Of a DNA stretch of 64,000 nucleotides, positions 21,457 through 29,192 are shown in pieces. Made by a program: the position numbers and the translations under genes. Position 1 is the stretch's first letter. Each line of letters starts with the position of its first letter. The notes below the pieces were generated by a model, which made no database searches, was not told the origin of the DNA, and saw nothing but the letters and a program-made list of their open reading frames with translations. Origin of the DNA: an uncultured Candidatus Saccharibacteria bacterium (GTDB taxonomy: Bacteria > Patescibacteriota > Minisyncoccia > Phycocordibacterales > DATDWN01); the NCBI GenBank assembly GCA_964469605.1, contig CAYXZA010000001.1, positions 6,899 to 70,898 on the forward strand. Direction: 5' to 3'.

Positions 21457-24400
21457 TTACAAGACTTCTATAGAGAAATGAGTTTTTTTATCTTTTAAAC
21501 TAACTTCAAAAGTTAAATCACCGTCTTCAAAAACAATTTCCTTTGCACCGACTGTCTTTTTTATAATCTCAGAAAAAGATTTGATGATTTTCTGTATATC
21601 AGAAGAAGCTGAAACTTTAAGTAAGATAATATTTTTTGAAATTAGATTCATTTTCTTTCTGCCATCTTGAACCGCTCTTATAAAATCACGGCAAATACCC
21701 TCCTCTATCAGTTCATCGGTTAAGTTTGTATCAAGAACAATGTCAGCAAGTGAAGAATCCACCTCTATTTCTTTAACATTAACTTCATCTTTAATAATTT
21801 CTAGTATTTCAGTATCCAAATCTGTATTTACATATAGTTTATACAGAGGTTGTCTGACTTTGATAGAAACCTTTTCTCTTTGCATTAAAACATTTGAAAC
21901 TATCTCTCTTGCTTTTTGCATAGAAGAAAGCAGATTATCATTTACCTGCCTATTTACTTTTGGCCAATTATCCAAATGAACACTTATGGAATCACCACCA
22001 TCTCTTAATCTCAGATACAGACTCTCTGCTAAAAATGGCATAAACGGAGCCAAGACTTTTGATAATTCTTTCAAAACATATTTTGTATAAAACAAGGCAG
22101 ATTTTCTATCATCTTCATTTTCTGATTTAAACCTCTCTCTTGATCTCCTGATATACCAAACAGAAAAATCATCTATAAATGAAATTATAGGTTTTGTAGC
22201 TTTATCTATTTCATACAAATCCATAGACAAAGTCACCTCTTTTATAAGAACAGCTAATTTATCTAGTATCCAACTATCCAAAACTGATTCTTTTGGTAGA
22301 TTAGAAATATCCTCTTTATACATATCATAAAAAGAATAAATATTTTCAAGTTTTAAAACTATTTTTTTATAAACCTCATCTACCAATTTTTCTGAGAAAT
22401 TGAAATCTTCAGCTTTAACAAGTGGAGATGATAGGAGTAAATACCTTATACTATCGGCACCGTATTTATTTATAGTATCCATAAGATCTGGATAGTTTTT
22501 AAGTTTTTTAGACATCTTTCTACCATCTTCAGCAAGCACAAGACCATTTACCAAAACATTTTCATAAGGACTTTTACCAAAAAGAGCTGTTCCTAAAACT
22601 AAAAGTGTATAGAACCAACCCCTTGTCTGATCAAGTCCTTCTGCTATAAATTCTGCCGGAAACATTAAACTATCAACTTTATCAAACTCATTTTTATTCT
22701 TAAAAGGATAATTTTGTTGTGCAAAAAACATAGAACCGGATTCATACCAACAATCAAAAACATCAGGAATTCTTTTTAGTTTCTGACCTTCATCATCAAA
22801 AACTTCTACATCATCTATAAATGGCCTATGCAGATCAACTTCAAAATCTTCATTTACAGGAAGCTGACGAAAATCAACCTCTCTAACTTCTGCATTATCC
22901 CAATCACTTTTATAATCCAAATACATCTCTCTTTTAGATAAACCCTTTGAAACCAGGTCTAAAATAATAAGTGGTGCTCCGTGAGAAACTATTAGTATAT
23001 TTTTACCTTGATATTTTTTATCTATATCATATATAAACTCGGACACTCTTTTTCTAACATCATCCCAATTTTCATCTCCATCTACTTTTTTTTCAAACTT
23101 ATCTTTTTTTTGTGGAAAATTTTCCAGATATGTTGACCATAATTTACCATTAAAGGATTTTGCTTGAAGCTCAATTAACCTTTCATCAGTTTCTATTTGA
23201 CCAGAAAATCCAATTTCTTTAGATAACAACTGGGCAGTTTGCATTGTTCTCTTAAAAGGAGATGAAAAGATTACATCAATTTTTTCATTTATATTTTTAG
23301 CTGAGGATATAACATCTTGAATACCTGAATCTATTAGAGAATCTTCACCATCATAAATACACGAAATTACAGATTTTTCATTTGACTTTGATCTTCCATG
23401 CCTTACTAGAAAATAATTATTTCTCTTTGGTATATGTTTTTTTATATCTGAAATAGATTCAAAAACATATTCCTTTCCTTTTTCATCAGTCCAAACAGGA
23501 AGAGGTGCTCCCCAAAATCTAGATCTAGATATTGCCCAATCTGGAGCACCCTCTATCCAATTACCAAATCTATTTTCCCCTATTTGTTTTGGAATCCATT
23601 TAACTTTTCTGTTATTTTCAAGCATTTTCTCTTTCAAACTCTCTATCTTTACAAACCAAGAACTTGTAGCATAGTTTAAAAGTGGACTATCACATCTCCA
23701 ACAATGAGGATATGAGTGGACAATTTTTTCCTTTGCAAAAAGCAGTCCGCTATGTGCCAAATATTTTATAATCTCAATATCTGTTTTTTGATGACCATCT
23801 TTGTCATCTGATTTTGGTTTTACAAAAAAACCTTTAAAATCCAAAATCTCATCTTTAAATGTTCCGTCTGTTTTTACATGTTGAATAAAAGGCAGACTAT
23901 ATTTTTTAAGTAGAGAGTAGTCATCATTTCCAAAAGCTGGTGCAATATGAACAATACCTGTTCCATCTTCTGATGTCACAAAATCACCTTCATAAATTTT
24001 CCAACCATTTTCTCTGTTTTCTATTTTTTCATTTTCTGAATAATAATTGAAAAGTGGTTTATATCTTTTTCCTAAAACTTCATCAACTAAAACAGTTCTC
24101 AAAATTTTAAAATTTTCTTTAAATACAGCTTCAACTCTTGATTTTGCGATTATGTATTTATTTTCATCAACTCCACTAGAAACTTCAACATATTCAATAT
24201 CTTTATTTATGGCCAAAGCAACATTTCCAGGAAGTGTCCAAGGTGTTGTTGTCCAAACCAAAAGATAAGTATTTTCCAAACCTTCTAATTTAAACTTCAC
24301 ATATACAGAAATATCGGTTATATCTTTGTAACCCAGATTGACCTCAAAATTTGAAAGTGTTGTCTCGCATCTAGGACAAAGATGCATTGATTTGAATCCT

Positions 24401-24936
24401 TTATAGATAAGCCCTTTATCATAAAGATTTTTAAATGACCACCAGATACTTTCAGTATATGTCTTGTCCATTGTCCTATAATCATTTTCCATATCAACCC
24501 ATCTCCCAGTTCTAGGTATAACCTCTTTCCAAATATCAGCATATTCCAAAACAGAATTCTTTGCCTCTTTATTAAAATTACCAACTCCATAATCTAAAAT
24601 ATCTTTCTTTGTTTTAAGATTTAATTTCTTCTCTATCAAATTTTCGATCGGAAGACCGTGACAGTCCCAACCCCACCTTCTCAAAACCTTTTTGCCCTGC
24701 ATTGTTTTGTATCTAGGAATAGCATCTTTTATAGAACTAGCCAAAAGGTGTCCGTAATGTGGCTCACCTGTGGCAAATGGTGGACCATCATAAAAAACAA
24801 AACTACCACCGTCTTTTTCTAGACTTTTTTCAAAAATATTATTTTCTTTCCAAAAAGCAAAAACTGCCTCCTCCCTTTTGGCAACTTCACTTTTTTCTTT
24901 TTTATCTTTATTTGACGACTGATCCATAAAATCCAT
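21457..24936 (-). CDS. ileS: Isoleucine--tRNA ligase with inserted histidine-phosphatase domain
   Basis: 'DGPPFATGEPHYGH', 'WDCHGLP', 'EGLDQTRGWF', KMSKK; insert 'LVRHG...IVSHG'. Confidence 0.95.
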   Translation of the reverse strand: MDFMDQSSNKDKKEKSEVAKREEAVFAFWKENNIFEKSLEKDGGSFVFYDGPPFATGEPHYGHLLASSIKDAIPRYKTMQGKKVLRRWGWDCHGLPIENLIEKKLNLKTKKDILDYGVGNFNKEAKNSVLEYADIWKEVIPRTGRWVDMENDYRTMDKTYTESIWWSFKNLYDKGLIYKGFKSMHLCPRCETTLSNFEVNLGYKDITDISVYVKFKLEGLENTYLLVWTTTPWTLPGNVALAINKDIEYVEVSSGVDENKYIIAKSRVEAVFKENFKILRTVLVDEVLGKRYKPLFNYYSENEKIENRENGWKIYEGDFVTSEDGTGIVHIAPAFGNDDYSLLKKYSLPFIQHVKTDGTFKDEILDFKGFFVKPKSDDKDGHQKTDIEIIKYLAHSGLLFAKEKIVHSYPHCWRCDSPLLNYATSSWFVKIESLKEKMLENNRKVKWIPKQIGENRFGNWIEGAPDWAISRSRFWGAPLPVWTDEKGKEYVFESISDIKKHIPKRNNYFLVRHGRSKSNEKSVISCIYDGEDSLIDSGIQDVISSAKNINEKIDVIFSSPFKRTMQTAQLLSKEIGFSGQIETDERLIELQAKSFNGKLWSTYLENFPQKKDKFEKKVDGDENWDDVRKRVSEFIYDIDKKYQGKNILIVSHGAPLIILDLVSKGLSKREMYLDYKSDWDNAEVREVDFRQLPVNEDFEVDLHRPFIDDVEVFDDEGQKLKRIPDVFDCWYESGSMFFAQQNYPFKNKNEFDKVDSLMFPAEFIAEGLDQTRGWFYTLLVLGTALFGKSPYENVLVNGLVLAEDGRKMSKKLKNYPDLMDTINKYGADSIRYLLLSSPLVKAEDFNFSEKLVDEVYKKIVLKLENIYSFYDMYKEDISNLPKESVLDSWILDKLAVLIKEVTLSMDLYEIDKATKPIISFIDDFSVWYIRRSRERFKSENEDDRKSALFYTKYVLKELSKVLAPFMPFLAESLYLRLRDGGDSISVHLDNWPKVNRQVNDNLLSSMQKAREIVSNVLMQREKVSIKVRQPLYKLYVNTDLDTEILEIIKDEVNVKEIEVDSSLADIVLDTNLTDELIEEGICRDFIRAVQDGRKKMNLISKNIILLKVSASSDIQKIIKSFSEIIKKTVGAKEIVFEDGDLTFEVSLKDKKTHFSIEVL

Positions 24937-24968
24937 ACTATCATTTTTATCATTTTTTTGAAAGAAAA

Positions 24969-26165
24969 ATGTGCTATATTGAATTTAATAAAAAATTTAT
25001 GAAAAACATATCAAAAGAAGAAAAACTAAGACTTAGGACTTGGGTTGAAATAGACAGATCAGCCATCAAGCACAATGTAAATATTTATAAAAAAATTATT
25101 GGTAAAAATGTAAAACTAATTGCTGTCGTAAAATCAAATGCTTATGGACACGGACTTGTATCATTTTCAAGAGAATTAGAAAAAAACGGAATAAAATCTT
25201 TTGCAACTGACTGTATGGAGGAAGCTACCACACTAAGAGAAGCTGGCATAAAATCTGAAATACTAAATTTGGGTTTTTGTCCTTATACAGATTACCAAAA
25301 TGCTATAAAAAACAATATAACCATTACAATATCAAGTTTAGATTCTTTAAAAAGAGTTTCCAAAGTTAAAGAAAAAATAAACATACATATAAAGGTGGAT
25401 ACTGGTATGGGAAGACAAGGTTTCAAAAATGAAGAACTTGATATTGTATTAAATACACTAAAAAAACATAAAAATATAAATGTATTAGGTGTTTACAGTC
25501 ACCTAGCATCAGCAGATGATTTGGAAAATGTTGCATTTACAGAAAAACAGATTGGGACACTAAACTCTTGGCACAGTAGATTTTTAGAAAATGGTTTTAA
25601 ACCAATAAAACATATCACTGCTTCTGCCGGCACAATGCTTTTTCCTCAATTTCACTTTGATGCAGTTAGGATAGGTATTGGACTTTATGGACTTCACCCA
25701 TCTGACACAACCAAAAAACTTTTTTCAAAAAAATACCCACTTAAACCTGTGCTATGTTGGAAAAGTATTTTAACTGAAATAAAAAAATTTAAAAAAGGAG
25801 ATAAAATTGGATATGATTTAACAGAGACACTGCAAAGAGATTCTAGACTAGCAATAATACCAGTTGGATACTACAACGGTTATCCAAGACTACTTTCCCT
25901 CAAAGGATTGTTTGAACTGAAAGGTAAGAAAATAAAAATCATAGGTAAAGTTTCTATGAATATGATTATTGTTGATATAACCGATGTAAAAAAAGCTAAA
26001 TTGTTTGACGAAGTTATTATTGCTGGTGGCAAAAGCCATATTGCAGATATATATCAAATAGCACAAGATACTGAAAGTATAGTATATGAAGTATCAACAA
26101 AAATAAATCCAATTATAAAAAGATATTACAGTATCAACCCTGACATAAAACGAGTAGTGGTTTGA
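24969..26165 (+). CDS. alr: Alanine racemase
   Basis: 'AVVKSNAYGHG' PLP lysine, 'HIKVDTGMGRQG'; start probably Met11. Confidence 0.95.
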   Translation: MCYIEFNKKFMKNISKEEKLRLRTWVEIDRSAIKHNVNIYKKIIGKNVKLIAVVKSNAYGHGLVSFSRELEKNGIKSFATDCMEEATTLREAGIKSEILNLGFCPYTDYQNAIKNNITITISSLDSLKRVSKVKEKINIHIKVDTGMGRQGFKNEELDIVLNTLKKHKNINVLGVYSHLASADDLENVAFTEKQIGTLNSWHSRFLENGFKPIKHITASAGTMLFPQFHFDAVRIGIGLYGLHPSDTTKKLFSKKYPLKPVLCWKSILTEIKKFKKGDKIGYDLTETLQRDSRLAIIPVGYYNGYPRLLSLKGLFELKGKKIKIIGKVSMNMIIVDITDVKKAKLFDEVIIAGGKSHIADIYQIAQDTESIVYEVSTKINPIIKRYYSINPDIKRVVV

Positions 26166-26185
26166 AAATCTAATACAATAATGAA

Positions 26186-26215
26186 GCCTCGCTCCCGATG
26201 AATCGGAAACGAGGC
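26186..26215. terminator. Hairpin ending cassette 1 (convergent with alr)
   Basis: GCCTCG..CCGAT-GA-ATCGG..CGAGGC inverted repeat. Confidence 0.65.
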
Positions 26216-26267
26216 CGAGGACCAAGGTCAAAGTGTCTAAAAAATCACAGTGACCTAGCCCAAAGAA

Positions 26268-26909
26268 CTAACTTTCGAGATAAGCCGAAAAATGCCAGCT
26301 ATGCCACCGATCGCTGAGCCGACGCACGCGCCAGTGCCACTGACCTCCAACCGAGCACAAGTACAGAACGCAACGCCCGCCATCCGGATTACGGAGAATG
26401 GTTCCGAAGAAATCGAGATATTTGATACCTCGCTCCCTTCGGAGATTCTCCAAAACGGAGGCGCTGCCTCTGGACTTGTAGTCCACAAGGAGAGCCTCTC
26501 CGACCAGGGCGTCGAGGACGATCTTGCCTGACTTCTTAAGCTGGGCAAACTTTTCCTCTCCGGTGATACTCGTCTCGCCGGGATGGAGAAAGGTCTCGAA
26601 ATTCGCCCAATCCACCTCTTTCAAAGCAAGACTGTCGAGGTCTTGCTCCATATCCCCATAGAGACCATCACCATTGGCTGGACCCCTCCAAATGGTCCAG
26701 CCGGGACCAATGAAGGTGGTTGGGTTGAACTTCTTTGTGCGGTCTATGGCGAGCACTGGGCTCACCACCCAACAAGCCTCCTTCCGGAGGAATTTTTTGA
26801 ACTCTCTGAGCCACCGCTCGCCGTCCTCCCCGGCGAGATTGACGATTAAATGATTCAGCAGTCCGGAGTTAAACTCACGGAGTGCTTTGAAGAGCATGGT
26901 GTTGTCCAT
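26268..26909 (-). CDS. DGR-target-like protein (cassette 1), putative CLec-type C-terminal variable region
   Basis: GC-rich ORF with SD (AAAGGA); C-term 'GTILRNPDGGRCVLYLCSVGGQWHWRVRRLSDRWHSWHFSAYLES'; paralog of 27208-28074. Confidence 0.7.
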   Translation of the reverse strand: MDNTMLFKALREFNSGLLNHLIVNLAGEDGERWLREFKKFLRKEACWVVSPVLAIDRTKKFNPTTFIGPGWTIWRGPANGDGLYGDMEQDLDSLALKEVDWANFETFLHPGETSITGEEKFAQLKKSGKIVLDALVGEALLVDYKSRGSASVLENLRRERGIKYLDFFGTILRNPDGGRCVLYLCSVGGQWHWRVRRLSDRWHSWHFSAYLES

Positions 26910-26954
26910 GGTCTTTTTCCTTTCTGCCAGAGGACCATCTTTAATCTTGTTGGA

Positions 26955-27003
26955 TGGTCATAGCCAAAAAATGCCTACTTTAAGCATTTTTTGGCTATGA
27001 CCA
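26955..27003. repeat. Perfect 20-bp inverted repeat in cassette 1 leader
   Basis: tggtcatagccaaaaaatgc-9nt-gcattttttggctatgacca; 26957-27044 is identical to 29037-29124. Confidence 0.9.
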
Positions 27004-27064
27004 AGTCTAAAATTAAAATTTGTCCTACTTGGGGGGTTTGGGGGTTGCCCGAATTTCTCATCCA

Positions 27065-27093
27065 ATTATATCATATTTAGATATAAAAGTCAA
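27065..27093 (-). promoter_or_regulatory. Cassette 1 promoter
   Basis: TTGACT-17nt-TATAAT with extended TG. Confidence 0.8.
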
Positions 27094-27115
27094 TAAATAA
27101 ATTTGTAGGATTAAG

Positions 27116-27152
27116 AAAAGACCCTGCATCTCTGTACAAGCAGATGCAGGGC
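27116..27152 (-). terminator. Cassette 2 intrinsic terminator
   Basis: CCCTGCATCT..AGATGCAGGG plus U-tract; identical copy at 28273-28309. Confidence 0.8.
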
Positions 27153-27207
27153 CCAAAGGGCTAAGGTCAAAGGGTTCAAGAAGGTCCCAGTGGCTTAGTC
27201 CAAAGAA

Positions 27208-28074
27208 CTAAATTGCGAGAACGGCGGATGGCTGTCGAATGTCCCAGTTGCCCATTAACCAGGACACGTTCCAGCGCCACCGACCCCTGCTCCAAAACAA
27301 GCACAGAACGTAACGGCCACCGACCGAGTCCCGAAGGACTGTGCCGTCAAAGAAGATGTAACGGGTGTTCCAGTTGACCCTCTCCTTCCACGACTCGGGA
27401 ATGAGGTGCTGGTTCTCCCAGAGCGTGAGGAAGATGTCGGCGTCCAAGCGAATGTAGTCCGATTCTTTGAGACGCCTGAGCTTCTCCTCGCCATTCACGT
27501 ACGTCTCGCCGTCCTTCAGCATCGTCACGTGCTGAACCTTCGTCAGGTCCAGTTCGGTGAGTGCGATGGATCGAGTGTCTGTCTCGTCCACCCAGATGTT
27601 CCAACCTTGGCCGATTAATAATGAATTGGGATTGAAGCGACCATGGTTGATTGGGATGATCTTCGACTCGCCGACGATGATCTTTCCACCGTTCTTGAGG
27701 AACGCCGTGAACTGTCTGCCAGCTTCCTTCGGGTTACGGACGATGAAGTCCTGAAGCCCCGAGTTAGCGAAGTCAATCGTTGCCCAATCAGTATTCACAG
27801 CCAGAGTGGCGATAACCTGATGGGATTGGTCAATTTGGCCGATTAATGAATTGGGATTGAAGCGACCATGGTTGATTGGGATGATCTTCGACTCGCCGAC
27901 GATGATCTTTCCACCGTTCTTGAGGAACGCCGTGAACTGTCTGCCAGCTTCCTTCGGGTTACGGACGATGAAGTCCTGAAGCCCCGAGTTAGCGAAGTCA
28001 ATCGTTGCCCAATCAGTATTCACAGCCAGAGTGGCGATAACCTGATGGGATTGGTCAATAGTGATTTGTCCCAT
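27208..28074 (-). CDS. DGR-target-like protein (cassette 2) with a 75-aa tandem duplication
   Basis: SD AAGGAG; C-term 'GTVLRDSVGGRYVLCLFWSRGRWRWNVSWLMGNWDIRQPSAVLAI'. Confidence 0.72.
   Translation of the reverse strand: MGQITIDQSHQVIATLAVNTDWATIDFANSGLQDFIVRNPKEAGRQFTAFLKNGGKIIVGESKIIPINHGRFNPNSLIGQIDQSHQVIATLAVNTDWATIDFANSGLQDFIVRNPKEAGRQFTAFLKNGGKIIVGESKIIPINHGRFNPNSLLIGQGWNIWVDETDTRSIALTELDLTKVQHVTMLKDGETYVNGEEKLRRLKESDYIRLDADIFLTLWENQHLIPESWKERVNWNTRYIFFDGTVLRDSVGGRYVLCLFWSRGRWRWNVSWLMGNWDIRQPSAVLAI
27607..28059. repeat. Tandem duplication (225 nt + 228 nt) inside the cassette 2 ORF
   Basis: 27835-28059 repeats 27607-27834 except for one extra codon. Confidence 0.92.
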
Positions 28075-28221
28075 TGTCTATCTCCTTGTGTGCAAGAGGG
28101 CGACTGTATGTCGCCGTAGCTGGGAAAGCCCTATATAAATTACTTTTTTGTAAGACTCTTTCAGCTATGGCGATTTTTTTGAAGATCAGATATGTTTAAG
28201 ACTTTGCAAATTTCTTATCGA

Positions 28222-28250
28222 ATTATATCATATTTAGATTAAAAAGTCAA
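28222..28250 (-). promoter_or_regulatory. Cassette 2 promoter
   Basis: TTGACT-17nt-TATAAT with extended TG. Confidence 0.8.
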
Positions 28251-28272
28251 TAAATAAATTTGTAGGATTAAG

Positions 28273-28309
28273 AAAAGACCCTGCATCTCTGTACAAGCAG
28301 ATGCAGGGC
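28273..28309 (-). terminator. Cassette 3 intrinsic terminator
   Basis: Identical to 27116-27152. Confidence 0.8.
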
Positions 28310-28364
28310 CCAAAGGGCTAAGATCAAAGGGTCCAAGAAGGTCCCAGTGACCAGAGCCAAAGTG

Positions 28365-28952
28365 CTACTTGCGACGAACGAACACGAAGCGACTGTAACC
28401 GTCCCAGAGGGTGTCCCACTTACCGTTGCCATTCAACCAACGACCATCCTCGCCGTGTACAACGTGGAACACGTTAGGATAGCCGTCCGAGTCCGAAATC
28501 GGTTTCATCCCGATGAGTAACCACTCTCCCTTCGGCTGGTCCTTGTACTGCAAACGCAGTTGAGGACCAACTTCAGAAGGACAGAGTTCCAGACCGAGTG
28601 AAATCGCTCGCTCGTAGATGTCGCCACGTGTGGCACCATCATTGAAGCCGAGCTCGGCAACGGAGACATTGACGAGGGGGAGCTCCATCTCGGTTTCGCT
28701 CGCCGTGAAGGCGGGCTTGCCGAGAATGTCGTTACCCCAATTCCCGATTTTGAAGCCCCCGTCCTTGAGTGCCTTTCGGAAATCATCGGCGATCTTCAGT
28801 CCCGTGCCAAGCTTCACCGTCTTCCAAATGGTGAACTGTGGAACCGATAGGGTCAGCTCACCCGAGAGGAAGCGGCGAACGCCGTCCATCCCACCGAGCT
28901 TGTTGACTATTGCTTCTATCTGACCAAGAGTTAATTCCCCGTATTTCATCAC
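28365..28952 (-). CDS. DGR-target-like protein (cassette 3)
   Basis: SD TAAGGAG; 'GLELCPSEVGPQLRLQY'; C-term 'ISDSDGYPNVFHVVHGEDGRWLNGNGKWDTLWDGYSRFVFVRRK'. Confidence 0.72.
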   Translation of the reverse strand: MMKYGELTLGQIEAIVNKLGGMDGVRRFLSGELTLSVPQFTIWKTVKLGTGLKIADDFRKALKDGGFKIGNWGNDILGKPAFTASETEMELPLVNVSVAELGFNDGATRGDIYERAISLGLELCPSEVGPQLRLQYKDQPKGEWLLIGMKPISDSDGYPNVFHVVHGEDGRWLNGNGKWDTLWDGYSRFVFVRRK

Positions 28953-29144
28953 TCTCTCTCCTTATCGGCTGATTGCCGATGGACTTCCCACTGCCCGTGG
29001 GTTTAGGGTTAGAGCTAGAGGACAACCACATTGGTAGTCATAGCCAAAAAATGCCTACTTTAAGCATTTTTTGGCTATGACCAAGTCTAAAATTAAAATT
29101 TGTCCTACTTGGGGGGTTTGGGGGCTTCTGAAATTTCTTATCCA

Positions 29145-29173
29145 ATTAGATCATATTTAGATTAAAAAGTCAA
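29145..29173 (-). promoter_or_regulatory. Cassette 3 promoter with a mutated -10 box
   Basis: TTGACT-17nt-TCTAAT; otherwise near-identical to the other two copies. Confidence 0.65.
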
Positions 29174-29192
29174 TAAATAAATTCAGAAGATT

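Noticed and set aside
26255-28923. Overlapping alternative-frame ORFs (e.g. 26292, 26583, 27255, 27643, 28505, 28618)
   Set aside because: Expected shadows of GC-rich coding DNA; no SD or promoter support
26166-29192. Classical integron attC sites between the cassettes
   Set aside because: No RYYYAAC...GTTRRRY boundaries on the hairpins, no IntI, and each unit has its own promoter
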